From the NCBI GenBank assembly GCA_030550585.1, contig JAUQPB010000001.1:288001-352000 (forward strand): a DNA stretch of 64,000 nt. Direction: 5' to 3'. Position 1 is the first letter of the stretch. Each line of letters begins with the position of its first letter. The stretch is from Thermoproteota archaeon. Its GTDB lineage: Archaea > Thermoproteota > Thermoprotei_A > Sulfolobales > Ignisphaeraceae. The notes under the pieces are model-generated. The model made no database searches, was not told the origin of the DNA, and was given only the letters and a program-made list of their open reading frames with translations. This document shows, piece after piece, positions 11,081 to 21,435 of this stretch. Position numbers and translations under genes: made by a program.

Positions 11081-13252
11081 CTAACCTCTATTTCTCATCT
11101 TCCTCGCTTCTTCAACTATTTTCTTCCCCCATCCATCGCCAAACAACCTAACCACAAGATGCTCTTTATTTATAACATCTTCAATATTTCTAATACCATT
11201 GTTTATCATGATCCTTGCCCTTACCCTGCCAACATATCGTATTTTGACAAGCTCTAGAGCATCTTCCTTTACGCCCTGTTCAACCCTCTCAACTAACTTG
11301 AAAAGCTCTTTCGAGTGTGATTGCATATTAAGTGTGTTCGCTATTACAGCAGCTGAGTATGCTAGCCACTCCCCATTTTCTTTAATTACCCTTAGATCCC
11401 CTGCCTCTATACCATATTTCTCGATTATCCTCCTTTCTGGAACCTCATTCACCCAATCAGTTAGTATCAGCCCTATTATGGCACCCCTCACCCAATCTAT
11501 CTTACGATCTGCAAACATCTGCTCTAGCTCTTCATCAGGCAACTGTTTGGATAGTGCATAGCTTTCTATCAAGTCGTAGTAGGCTTTTCTTGCACCTCTC
11601 CCGATATTAACATCGCTGAAGTCTGGTGTCATACCAATTAGCGAGAGGTAGTAAAGCTCTGAGGCCTTCTCGACTCTTCTAAGTCCCTCAACTATTATTG
11701 CTGCTGTTAACGGGTCTATATAGAGCATTGAGGTCACAGTCCCTAACTTGGTTGCCTCATATAAGCTGGTATTTGCAATCCTTCTGCTTCTAACCATATT
11801 GAGCTCCTCTAACAACTCTAAAATCTTAGATATCTTCTTACTGAGGATATCCCTGCCCATCTTCATAGCGGCAAAGGTATTGGAGAAGAAAACCATTATG
11901 TCATTCAACGTGCTGGCCTCTCCAGAGGCTATAACAGCTAGGACATGTCTTCTCAAAGCCGATTCGCTTAGCAATGTAGAGTTTATTGGTTCTGGAATAC
12001 CCCTTATGTAGTACTCAGCCTCCTTAACATTTCTAATATCCTTAGCCACGATAACAATCCCATAGGGGTCGTACTGGGGTCTCCCAGCTCTTCCAGCAAG
12101 CTGTTTATACTCTAAAACACTTATCTTTTCTCTTCTACCTCCACTATAGTAATAGGAGTTTATTATCACAACACGTGCAGGTAGGTTAACCCCCATTGCA
12201 AGTGTTGGTGTTGCAGACAGGTATTTAATTATCCTATCTCTGAAAGCTTTTTCAATAACTCTCCTTGCCTCGGGGGTCAAACCAGCATGATGATAAGAGA
12301 CACCACATCTTATTAGATGCTCAAGCTTCTCATATTCGAAGTCTGGAAGCTCTGTTTTCATTTCCTGGACTAGCAATTCCAGCCTCTTTTTATCATCACT
12401 ATTTAAGTAGTTGCATACAACATCCTTGTACTCTTCAGCCAGCTCTTCAACACCTTTCCTAGAATACTTGAACTCCAGAACATTGAACCCCTCCTTAACG
12501 GCTCTCTCAATCCAATACCGCGTAACATCATCGACCATTACAGGGGATCCGCCATTTAATTCCTTTGGAAAGAACATTACAAAAGAGCCGTCACCTGCTT
12601 TATATGTTGGCACCTCATATAGTTGCACTGGCCTCCAAGATGATTTGACAAGCTTGGCATTTAACCATGTTGCGATCTCATCAGGATTTCCAATGGTTGC
12701 TGAAAGCCCTATCACTTGAATTCCTAGGATCTTAGCCCTGGTCGCTATCATCTCAACTATATGCCCTCTACTTTCATCACCAAGCATATGAAGCTCGTCA
12801 ATGACTATCACACCCACATTCTTTATCCATGGTGGCCTCCTCCTCAGAATAGAGTCTAGCCTCTCATATGTTGCAACAATTATGTCGTATTGGCCAAGCC
12901 TCTTCACCTCCTCTTCAGTAACCTCGTAATCCCCCATCGATATAGCTACCTTCGCACCATATTTCTCCCAGAAGGAAAACTCTGTATATTTCTCGTAGGC
13001 AAGGGCCTTCAAAGGCGTTGTATATATACCCTTAAAACCATTCAAAAAAGCATTCACAAGAGCTATCTCGCCAATCAACGTCTTACCACTTGCCGTAGGA
13101 GCGCACACAACAATGTTACCTCCTCTTAGGAACCCCGTTTTCAAGGCCTCTACCTGGGGAGGTGTGAAACCCAAGTACCCCTTCTCCTTCAAACCATCAA
13201 TTATAATATCTCTAAGCACATTTCTATAATCATCTAATGTTGATGCTTCCAA
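11081..13252 (-). CDS. hel308: Ski2-like DNA helicase Hel308/Hjm
   Basis: PTASGKT, DELH, SAT, HHAGL and QLAGRAGR motifs; C-terminal HhH-like YVGRVRAR. Confidence 0.88.
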   Translation of the reverse strand: MEASTLDDYRNVLRDIIIDGLKEKGYLGFTPPQVEALKTGFLRGGNIVVCAPTASGKTLIGEIALVNAFLNGFKGIYTTPLKALAYEKYTEFSFWEKYGAKVAISMGDYEVTEEEVKRLGQYDIIVATYERLDSILRRRPPWIKNVGVIVIDELHMLGDESRGHIVEMIATRAKILGIQVIGLSATIGNPDEIATWLNAKLVKSSWRPVQLYEVPTYKAGDGSFVMFFPKELNGGSPVMVDDVTRYWIERAVKEGFNVLEFKYSRKGVEELAEEYKDVVCNYLNSDDKKRLELLVQEMKTELPDFEYEKLEHLIRCGVSYHHAGLTPEARRVIEKAFRDRIIKYLSATPTLAMGVNLPARVVIINSYYYSGGRREKISVLEYKQLAGRAGRPQYDPYGIVIVAKDIRNVKEAEYYIRGIPEPINSTLLSESALRRHVLAVIASGEASTLNDIMVFFSNTFAAMKMGRDILSKKISKILELLEELNMVRSRRIANTSLYEATKLGTVTSMLYIDPLTAAIIVEGLRRVEKASELYYLSLIGMTPDFSDVNIGRGARKAYYDLIESYALSKQLPDEELEQMFADRKIDWVRGAIIGLILTDWVNEVPERRIIEKYGIEAGDLRVIKENGEWLAYSAAVIANTLNMQSHSKELFKLVERVEQGVKEDALELVKIRYVGRVRARIMINNGIRNIEDVINKEHLVVRLFGDGWGKKIVEEARKMRNRG

Positions 13253-13375
13253 AACAAGTCCCTTTTAATGTCCAATAAATATACTTTTGATATCTGATAA
13301 ACTTATTAACTGTTCCTTATAAAAAGCTATCAAAATACTAAAATCATTGATCATTATATCAAGCGGATGTAGTGT

Positions 13376-14923
13376 ATGAGAATAGTATATAAGATTGTTG
13401 TTGTGTTGATGGCATTACTCGTAGCATCTTTTGCACTTATGTACTTTATTCATGTAGGATATGATCAAATAGGTTCTGAAATAGCTAGGGAATGGTGTAA
13501 CGAAAAAGGTTTGAATGTATTTAACGATGCTCTATGTATAGACGAGCTCAATTCAATGCATAGTATTATATCACAGGGTTTAACCTTGGCTCTATTCTTT
13601 TTTGTGATAGCATTAACTGTTATTAGCATGGAGTGGCGAACAGGAGCAGCTATACTTGCGGCCATGCCCCTGCTAATTCTTGGCATAGTCCCACCGCAGT
13701 ATCTGATAAACGCTGTTTCATGGGATCTCATACTATTTCTGATTGGATCGATGACCCTAAGCGGAATTTTGAGAGAGCTTGGAGTATTTCGATACCTGGC
13801 TCTAAGAATTGTAGAGGTCTCTAGGGACAGGCCTGTTGTTTTATTGGTTCTAATATCGCTTATGGCATTTATCCTATCTGCTGTTTTGGGTGAGGTAACA
13901 AGCATAATATATGTTACCATGCTTATACTTGAAATAGGTGCGATAATCCATCTAGACGTCACACCACTGATAGTACTATCTGTCTTGGCTACAAACACAG
14001 GCAGTGTTGCACTACCTATAGGCAATCCTATTGGCGTTTACCTCCTATTCAAAACAGGTATGAGTGTTACACAATTCATCAGAAATGCTTTTCCGCTTGC
14101 CATCATAGATCTTATGGTGCTGCTAATAGCCATAATGCTTATTGAGAAATCTATAGTGAGTGAATTGAAAAAGAGGCTGGGGGAATCAAAACATAGAATA
14201 GAGGCTTATATATCACACCATAGAATAGAGTTGGGCGACAACAACGTTGTGAATCACATGCCTAAAAGAATTATTCTAGGTTTGGTAATACTAAGCCTGT
14301 TTATATTAACAGTTGCTTTAAATGATTTTATTGTTGAGTCCTTGTCAAACATTTTCAGGACATACATAGAGCCACATGCCTTTCTATCCTTTATTCCGTA
14401 TATATACATAGTAGTAGCCTTGCTAACTGCTATCCCATTAGTCGAAGTTTCAAAGTTTGTTGAAAGGTCTGTTGAATGGCCTTCTCTACTCTTCTTCATA
14501 TTCCTGTTCATGTTTGGCTACATGCTTACATACACTGGTGTGATGGCCAAGCTTGCCTATGCTTTCTCACGTTTAAGCACTGTCCCAATAACACTTCTAT
14601 CTATAATGTTGTTTTCGTCAAGCCTACTCAGCTCTGTACTCGACAATCTCTCTGTCATAGTAGCGTTTACACCTATAGCAATGACCTTCAATAACATAGG
14701 GCTTATCGGTAATTCAATATACTTCGCATTGCTTTTTGGAGGTGTTTTTGGCGGAAACTACACACCTGTAGGGTCTACAGCTAACATAATTGCTGTTTCC
14801 CTAGCTGAAAAGAGAAAAATCAAGATCTCGTGGGGAAGGTGGCTCAGGATAGCCTTAATTACGACAACACTTCAAATTTTGGTTGCGCTTGCATGGCTCT
14901 ATATAATTAGCTATGTGCTATAG
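13376..14923 (+). CDS. ArsB/NhaD/SLC13-type ion transporter
   Basis: Polytopic membrane protein with TNTGS..LPIGNP, LDN and GGNYTPVGSTAN motifs. Confidence 0.85.
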   Translation: MRIVYKIVVVLMALLVASFALMYFIHVGYDQIGSEIAREWCNEKGLNVFNDALCIDELNSMHSIISQGLTLALFFFVIALTVISMEWRTGAAILAAMPLLILGIVPPQYLINAVSWDLILFLIGSMTLSGILRELGVFRYLALRIVEVSRDRPVVLLVLISLMAFILSAVLGEVTSIIYVTMLILEIGAIIHLDVTPLIVLSVLATNTGSVALPIGNPIGVYLLFKTGMSVTQFIRNAFPLAIIDLMVLLIAIMLIEKSIVSELKKRLGESKHRIEAYISHHRIELGDNNVVNHMPKRIILGLVILSLFILTVALNDFIVESLSNIFRTYIEPHAFLSFIPYIYIVVALLTAIPLVEVSKFVERSVEWPSLLFFIFLFMFGYMLTYTGVMAKLAYAFSRLSTVPITLLSIMLFSSSLLSSVLDNLSVIVAFTPIAMTFNNIGLIGNSIYFALLFGGVFGGNYTPVGSTANIIAVSLAEKRKIKISWGRWLRIALITTTLQILVALAWLYIISYVL

Positions 14924-15355
14924 GTGATAGTCTACAGCTTTTTGCTGTGCCTGCTGTGGTTGTGGTTGTTGTGGCGGCTGTACTGGTGGTGGCAACCCCA
15001 TTTCTCTTGAAAGTAGCGAGATTATTGGTAGGGTATAGCTGTAGACAGCCATTATTAGTGGATATGGTATACTGCCCTTCTGAAACTCTTCGCTAAGCAT
15101 TTTAGCCTCATCAGCATTTATAGGCGAGACCATTACAACCCCCTTCAAATCTATTGATGCCACTGGAGGGCTGCAGTCGATTTTTATCACAAAGCCAAAT
15201 ACATAGTTATTGTCTCTCTTCTCTGGCTTTCCAAACATTATATTCATGTTTATGTTTAGCTGTGGCACAGGCTCTAGACTGTATCTCTCTGCCCTCACAC
15301 TATCTATCCTAAAACCTAGATTGGGCAACACCTTCACCTCATCTACCACTTGCAA
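14918..15355 (-). CDS. Conserved archaeal protein, possibly SecB-like fold
   Basis: Predicted beta strands followed by a helix ending LLSREMGLPPP; P/Q-rich tail. Confidence 0.55.
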   Translation of the reverse strand: MQVVDEVKVLPNLGFRIDSVRAERYSLEPVPQLNINMNIMFGKPEKRDNNYVFGFVIKIDCSPPVASIDLKGVVMVSPINADEAKMLSEEFQKGSIPYPLIMAVYSYTLPIISLLSREMGLPPPVQPPQQPQPQQAQQKAVDYHL

Positions 15356-15680
15356 CTTCTTTGTTTCTCTGGTTAATAGGTATAAATGCTATTGCATAAA
15401 CATCTTCTCTCGGCGATTCAGCTCTTAAAACAATACCTTTGCTGATCTCGGTTCTCATTATCAGCTCGTTCAATGCTTTCACATCATTTACCTCCACATA
15501 GCTAGGAGAGCTACCACCACATATACTGTCGAAATACTTCTTCAATTCAATGTCACTAACAACATTGTTACATCCATTTAGGTAATTTGCTATTCTTCGC
15601 AATATCTCATTAACGTTCTTCCCATAGATTATATAAGCTTGGTACCTTGAAATAACATTATCGTCAACGATCATAAACAT
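15339..15680 (-). CDS. Hypothetical protein (113 aa)
   Basis: ATG start, overlaps the downstream ORF; GGATGAG upstream. Confidence 0.6.
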   Translation of the reverse strand: MFMIVDDNVISRYQAYIIYGKNVNEILRRIANYLNGCNNVVSDIELKKYFDSICGGSSPSYVEVNDVKALNELIMRTEISKGIVLRAESPREDVYAIAFIPINQRNKEVASGR

Positions 15681-15746
15681 CTCATCCTATAAAAAGCTTT
15701 TGTATAAAGATATAAAGCCTTTTGACAAACAAGTTATTATGAGACC

Positions 15747-16064
15747 ATGTCAGAAGACCTCAGTAAAAAGATGTTTGAAGTTCCTAGTGATATGCTAAAA
15801 GAAATCGAGGAATATGAAGAAAGCGTTCGGGGACGCAAATCTGGTAAAAAAGGGAGGTATCCAAGCAATGAAGATGTAGTGGAGGCTATAAAAGATGTGA
15901 CAGGAGGCGTTATCAACAGATTTAATATTGATGTGCTCTTCGACAACGTAAAACAGTATTTAGAGGAGCGCGGTTTTGATACCTCTGCCTTGAATGAAAC
16001 TAGGTTTTGGAGACTTGTATCAAATTTGGTTAAGAAAAACATTTTGAGGAGCGAACTTGAGTGA
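15747..16064 (+). CDS. Hypothetical protein, possible helical/winged-helix DNA-binding domain
   Basis: ATG ORF with helical, charged composition. Confidence 0.6.
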   Translation: MSEDLSKKMFEVPSDMLKEIEEYEESVRGRKSGKKGRYPSNEDVVEAIKDVTGGVINRFNIDVLFDNVKQYLEERGFDTSALNETRFWRLVSNLVKKNILRSELE

Positions 16065-16277
16065 GACGTCATATTGATTTACATAGTCGTTTTGCCAAGA
16101 GCTCAGAGGCCATGCATCCCCAAACGATTCGATTGGTGAGAAGACCTTGAAATCCGGCACTTTACCTAACCACAGCCTTTATTTAGCCAAGAGCGGGCTT
16201 TGTGTATCGAAGCAATGCACACCTTTATCAATTGGATCTGAATAAGCTTGAAACTTATGTGAATTGGTGAATTAATT

Positions 16278-16736
16278 TTGGGTATAGAGCTAGATGACTT
16301 GGATAAAGCAATTATAAACATGATTATAGAGGATTGCAGTAGGAGTATTAGAGATATTGCGAAAGCTGTTGGAAAATCGCCATCGCTTGTTTTGAAAAGA
16401 GTTAGAAGACTCTATGAGGCGGGACTGATAAAAAAATGTGAAGCATCTATAGACTATTCAAAGCTTGGGTATAACCTCATGGCGCTTATACTGTTTAAAG
16501 TTGATGGGCCACACATAGAGGATGTCGAGCGTGAGCTGGCTAGAGAACCAAGGGTCAGAGGAGTGTATGACATAACTGGGGAGTATGACATAGCCATTCT
16601 AGCTCTATTCAAAGATGTTAATGATCTGAATTCATTCATTAAACGAATCCTGAAGAGCCCATATATCAAAGAGAGTGTGACTAGCGTTATATTTAAAGCT
16701 ATCAAAGATGAGAAAAATATAGAGTACTTTAAGTGA
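16278..16736 (+). CDS. Lrp/AsnC family transcriptional regulator
   Basis: N-terminal LDDLDKAI HTH; ITGEYD in a RAM domain. Confidence 0.93.
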   Translation: MGIELDDLDKAIINMIIEDCSRSIRDIAKAVGKSPSLVLKRVRRLYEAGLIKKCEASIDYSKLGYNLMALILFKVDGPHIEDVERELAREPRVRGVYDITGEYDIAILALFKDVNDLNSFIKRILKSPYIKESVTSVIFKAIKDEKNIEYFK

Positions 16737-16783
16737 TGAATGTGGTGGGCTCTGATAGATGATGTCATGAATCCTCACTGATT
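16732..16783 (+). ncRNA. C/D-box guide sRNA
   Basis: C GTGATGA (16733-39), 12-nt guide, D' CTGA (16752-55), C' ATGATGT, 12-nt guide, D CTGA (16778-81). Confidence 0.85.
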
Positions 16784-16790
16784 TTTCACG

Positions 16791-19700
16791 GTGATCACCA
16801 TGAAAATTATCGATAGTGAGGAGGTTCTTCATAGCCTTGGATATGACTACATCAAAGAAGTCGAGCCTTCTATTGAACCGCCAACAACACACATAACTTT
16901 TAGTGCTCTTGTACCTGAATTCAAGGAACATGGCATTTGGCTTGCAGACAAGCCTCTCTATGAACATCAATACAAAGCTTTAGAATCTCTAATAAAGGGA
17001 GAGAATCTTGTTCTTATTTCTGGGACAGGCTCTGGCAAGACAGAGGTATGGTTTCTATACTTCTATAAGAAATTCAAAGAAGGTAAATTTAAGACAATAG
17101 CTGTTTATCCGACTCTTGCTCTTGCAAATGATCAGATCAATAGAATATCTACTTACTGTAAAGCAGTTGGTGCAAAGGTATTACAGCTTGATGCAGTTAG
17201 CAGAGATGAGATGGTAAAAAGATTTGGTGTTCAAGGCGTTAGAAAAGCTGTTGACGAAGCTGATATAGTTATTACCAACCCTGCTTTTCTCTTCCACGAA
17301 CTGAAAAAGTATTTGGTGAAGCCTCAGTCATCACTTCTCTACAGCCTATTTAAAAAAGTTGATATGATTGTATTCGACGAACTCGACTTCTATACCCCAA
17401 GAGGCATAGCACTAATTCTCGCTCTTATTGAAGTCCTTTCAGAAACAAGCGATGAGAAACCGCAAATAGTTGTTTTAACAGCCACGTTGGCTAATCCTGA
17501 TGAGATGTGCATGTATCTTAGAGAGAAGACTGGAAGAAGTTGTAGTGTTGTAGAGGGAAAGCCTTTTAGAGTTGAAAATAGGCTTTACATAGTCTTGGGA
17601 AAGGATCTACATAGCGCTTGGAGCAAGATAAGAGAGGCGAAAAACGTTATTGCGAAGAGAGATGTTCCAGATGATATAGTTAAGGCTTTAGAGGATTTTG
17701 ATTTATTTAGAAAGAACGCCTACAAGGTTCTTCAATTCCTTGAGGCGCTTGGAATACAAGTGCCCTCCATTTCTCTAAACATATATGAGATCCTATCAAA
17801 GTACTCTACAGACGATGGCGTTACACTTGTCTTCACAAAGAGCATTGCAAGAGCAGAGGAAATAGCAAAAGCTCTAAGGGAGGTTATAGGTGATAAGGTT
17901 GCCGCTCATCACCACCTAGTATCAAAGGATCTTAGAAAATCCATTGAGGATAGAGCTAGAAGAGGAGAGATAAAAATCATTGTAAGTCCAAGAACGCTTG
18001 TGCAAGGAATAGACATAGGAACTATTGTCAGAGTTGTGCACATAGGCCTACCAGAAAATGTCAGAGAATATCTTCAGAGAGAAGGTAGAAAAGGAAGGCG
18101 CAAAGAAATACCGTTTACAGAAACCATCGTAATACCATCTTCACGATGGGACTGGGAACTACTTTCTAAAGGGCTTCAAGCATTCGAGAAATGGCTTTCA
18201 CTACCCCTAGAAAAAGCTGTTATAAATCCTAGAAACAAATACATTGCATTATTTAAAGGCATTGCAAAGATTCTTTCACCTTGGTACAAATCTGAACTCA
18301 CACAAGAAGAGCATGAAACCTTGTCAAATGTTGGTGTCATTAGAAAAGATGGGTCTATAAACATTAGAAAAGCTCAATGGATTTGGGAGAGAATAAACTT
18401 CTACGAATTTGGACCGCCATACGGAATCAAAAGGTACATAGAGTATGAAGAGGGTTCTGTGAAACCTCTTGAACCTATAGGACATTGCGATCTAGTTGAA
18501 AGATTTCAGATCGGATGTTTGGATCCATCTGAAGATGCAATGGTTATCAAGATTGATGGTGGCAAGAGCTCAAGGATTGTGAGAAGCGTTGTTGAAAAAC
18601 CGTTATCGAAGATAAACATATTTTCTCATGATGCATTGGCAGAGGCTTTTGAGGAATACAAATATATTAAGATGAGGTGGGGAGAAGAGGCATCATTTCT
18701 AAGAGACATAGCAAGAGGCAAGCTACACAGCTACGTTCTAGCAATTGTATACACGCCTAGAAGTGGGTTTGGAGAGCTAAAGAAAATTCCAAATAGAGTT
18801 CTATGGCATTTGATATCAAGTAAGCCGAGAATAGCTAGAGCAGGTGATAGATACTTTGTAACTTATGATAGGAAGGTTATATATGTTCCTGTTAGCACAT
18901 TTGGAGAGTATAGAGATTTCACATATGGCATGCTCTTTGATGTTGACGACAGAGAGGATTCAACATTACTTAGAATGGGTTTGGCATATCTCATGATAGT
19001 TCTTAGAAGGGTGTTTGGAATACCGTTTGAAACTATTATGTATAGTGTTGAGAAGATTGGTGAGAAGAAATTCTTCTCTCTTCACGAGCCTGAAGCGGCG
19101 GGGCTTTTGGAAAACATTGATTGGATTAGTGTCAGAAAAGCTTTGGAGGAATATAAACCAGATGATCTTGATATTGTACTTCTATCACAACTAGATGAAA
19201 TAGCATACAGCGATTTGATTAACCTGGGAATAGACTTTACAGTATTGAAGGATGTTGCTATGAGGGTTGTCGACTATATCACATTGAAGAATAAAATGAG
19301 GGTTGTGTTCGGCGAAAAAAGAATTGCTGTTCCAAAGCCAAGTAGGGCACTCAGATACATTTCTTTAGAGGCGCTTTCTCTTATGCTGGAGGAGGAGCCG
19401 TTACCAAAGGTGCTAACAGGGTTGGCATACTTTGATGGAGAAGAGGAAAACGTTGTTGCTGACATATATATAAAGTATCCATTTACTCCTCCACCTAAGT
19501 CTCTGAGAGAATTTGAAGAAAGAGTTGAGGAAGCAGTATACTACTCCGACTTCAAATTGATAGTCTATGACAAAGAAACTCTGGCTAACGAATTGAAAAT
19601 GGCTAACCTAAAGAGGCTGGCTACAATAGTTAGGGAGAATAGCATTGAAGTTAGAGAAGAGATAACCAAGATAGGTATTAACGCTCCATCATTGCTGACA

Positions 19701-19907
19701 ATAGCTGAAGGTCTTAGCATTGAGGATCCCGCATTCCAAGATGCTATCTCAAAATTTCTAGAGGCATATAAAACACTCCATGAAGGGAAAGACAAGAATT
19801 TGATGGGGGTCTCTATGGATAAATTAAAGGATTTTGTAGCGGCGAGAACGAAAATTGTTTACTTAACACATCTAATTATTTCATCGATTAATCCTCCTTC
19901 ATTATGA
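16791..19907 (+). CDS. Large SF2 DEAD/DEAH-box helicase (Hrq1/MrfA/SftH-like) with C-terminal extension
   Basis: GTGSGKT, YPTLALANDQ, DELD, TAT, GIDIG and QREGRKGRR motifs. Confidence 0.85.
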   Translation: MITMKIIDSEEVLHSLGYDYIKEVEPSIEPPTTHITFSALVPEFKEHGIWLADKPLYEHQYKALESLIKGENLVLISGTGSGKTEVWFLYFYKKFKEGKFKTIAVYPTLALANDQINRISTYCKAVGAKVLQLDAVSRDEMVKRFGVQGVRKAVDEADIVITNPAFLFHELKKYLVKPQSSLLYSLFKKVDMIVFDELDFYTPRGIALILALIEVLSETSDEKPQIVVLTATLANPDEMCMYLREKTGRSCSVVEGKPFRVENRLYIVLGKDLHSAWSKIREAKNVIAKRDVPDDIVKALEDFDLFRKNAYKVLQFLEALGIQVPSISLNIYEILSKYSTDDGVTLVFTKSIARAEEIAKALREVIGDKVAAHHHLVSKDLRKSIEDRARRGEIKIIVSPRTLVQGIDIGTIVRVVHIGLPENVREYLQREGRKGRRKEIPFTETIVIPSSRWDWELLSKGLQAFEKWLSLPLEKAVINPRNKYIALFKGIAKILSPWYKSELTQEEHETLSNVGVIRKDGSINIRKAQWIWERINFYEFGPPYGIKRYIEYEEGSVKPLEPIGHCDLVERFQIGCLDPSEDAMVIKIDGGKSSRIVRSVVEKPLSKINIFSHDALAEAFEEYKYIKMRWGEEASFLRDIARGKLHSYVLAIVYTPRSGFGELKKIPNRVLWHLISSKPRIARAGDRYFVTYDRKVIYVPVSTFGEYRDFTYGMLFDVDDREDSTLLRMGLAYLMIVLRRVFGIPFETIMYSVEKIGEKKFFSLHEPEAAGLLENIDWISVRKALEEYKPDDLDIVLLSQLDEIAYSDLINLGIDFTVLKDVAMRVVDYITLKNKMRVVFGEKRIAVPKPSRALRYISLEALSLMLEEEPLPKVLTGLAYFDGEEENVVADIYIKYPFTPPPKSLREFEERVEEAVYYSDFKLIVYDKETLANELKMANLKRLATIVRENSIEVREEITKIGINAPSLLTIAEGLSIEDPAFQDAISKFLEAYKTLHEGKDKNLMGVSMDKLKDFVAARTKIVYLTHLIISSINPPSL

Positions 19908-19961
19908 CTAAAGTTTATTAGGCTTTTACATGTATTAGTCTAGTCTCGTATATCACTATGG

Positions 19962-20543
19962 GTGACGTTATTGAGCAAGACAGTTTCATTTAAGCGTCTA
20001 GACAGCTCTTCACCACACGGAATATACCTTTACAATTCTGAAACTGGTCTGTGGGAACTTCTAAGAAGCGATGGAAATGCTTTCGAACCCTTTGGAAACG
20101 GTGTTTATGTTATATACTTTGACAATGCTAAATGTTCTGCATGCAAAAGATACGACGAGATCTGGTATCCATTTGTCGAGAAATGGGTCAGGGAGAAAGG
20201 TAAGAACGTTAAATTTGTTATAGTGCTTTGCGAATGGTTTGCAAGAGAATGCAAATCCTCTGCAGCTGCAGAATCATTTAAAAAATTCGATGTTCATGCA
20301 TCACCCACAACAATTGTTCTATATGTTGACGACAGTAATACTATTAAATATCAGGAAAAGTATGAGGGGGTTATGTATGAGTTTGAACTTAAGCTCATTC
20401 TCGAAAACTTCGTTGAAAGAGCGCTCAAGGCTATGAAGGGAGAGAAGGTATCTCCGCCAATATCAAAAGAGAGTAGCAAATCTCTAGAGGATCTCATAAT
20501 GCAGATACTAAAGGCTTTGACTCTAGGCGAGAAGAAGGATTAG
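19962..20543 (+). CDS. Thioredoxin-fold protein
   Basis: CSAC motif, SPT cis-Pro-like motif, second CEWFAREC pair. Confidence 0.75.
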   Translation: MTLLSKTVSFKRLDSSSPHGIYLYNSETGLWELLRSDGNAFEPFGNGVYVIYFDNAKCSACKRYDEIWYPFVEKWVREKGKNVKFVIVLCEWFARECKSSAAAESFKKFDVHASPTTIVLYVDDSNTIKYQEKYEGVMYEFELKLILENFVERALKAMKGEKVSPPISKESSKSLEDLIMQILKALTLGEKKD

Positions 20544-21046
20544 TCTATATAGAACCCCTTCTCCATATCTTTTATAGTCTTCAATACTATGGCTGGACAA
20601 ACCCTTTTCACTCCATCTAACTCCCCAATCTCTTTATGTATCTTAGCCATCTCCTCTTCATCTCTAGCCCATATAACAGCCATTAACGGGTGGTCACCAG
20701 TTGTTAGCCACAGACCCTTTACATAGTCTCTGCTCTTTAAGTTCTCTATTACGCTAAACAGCTTATCGGGATCCACATCAATTCCTGTTAAAGAGATTGC
20801 TTTGAACCCTAGGCTTCGAGGATCAACAACAACTGTATACCTTTTTATAACTCTATTCTCAAGCTTTTTAACTCTTTTAATAACAGCCACATCGCTTAAT
20901 CCAATCTCTTTTGCAAGCTCAGTATAGGTTATCCTAGCATTTTCGGATAGTCGCTCAATTATCTTCTTATCTTTCTCATCAAACTCCTCGCTCATTTCCC
21001 TCAACACCCCTAATTTTGAATATTCCAATTCTCCATGGCTCCTCAT
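20540..21046 (-). CDS. Lrp/AsnC family regulator (LrpA-like; true start probably the ATG near 20995)
   Basis: DEKDKKII..L.ENAR HTH; TTGDH motif. Confidence 0.92.
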   Translation of the reverse strand: MRSHGELEYSKLGVLREMSEEFDEKDKKIIERLSENARITYTELAKEIGLSDVAVIKRVKKLENRVIKRYTVVVDPRSLGFKAISLTGIDVDPDKLFSVIENLKSRDYVKGLWLTTGDHPLMAVIWARDEEEMAKIHKEIGELDGVKRVCPAIVLKTIKDMEKGFYID

Positions 21047-21320
21047 ACTGCTCTGGCTCCAAAATTTTATCTAGATGTGCTTCTATGCCCAAGTCTTTAA
21101 GCACATATGCAAAGTCCTCAACCCAGTCATTTACACCACATGTGTAGCAAAAATGACCTTCAAATAGAACCCAAACCTCATCTCCTTCTATCTTTAGCAC
21201 CCTAGCGTTAGACTCTTTTCCTCTGTAGCTGTTATATATCTCTATAGCCTCCTTTAATAAATTGCTTAGATCCTTATTACCTATTCTAAATTTATTATTT
21301 TGAAACATTTTAACTTCCAA
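20979..21320 (-). CDS. Small CxxC protein, NifU/Nfu C-terminal-like
   Basis: VLKIEGDEVWVLFEGHFCYTCG resembles the Nfu motif V.V.L.GAC..C. Confidence 0.55.
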   Translation of the reverse strand: MEVKMFQNNKFRIGNKDLSNLLKEAIEIYNSYRGKESNARVLKIEGDEVWVLFEGHFCYTCGVNDWVEDFAYVLKDLGIEAHLDKILEPEQYEEPWRIGIFKIRGVEGNERGV

Positions 21321-21435
21321 AAAATTTTCCTTACACTACTTTTAGATTTTTCCGATTTGAATACTTCAAATGATATTTTCACCTAAGTAAAATAAGAGGC
21401 TGTAAGCAAGATGCTTTCGAGGAAAGATAAAATGC

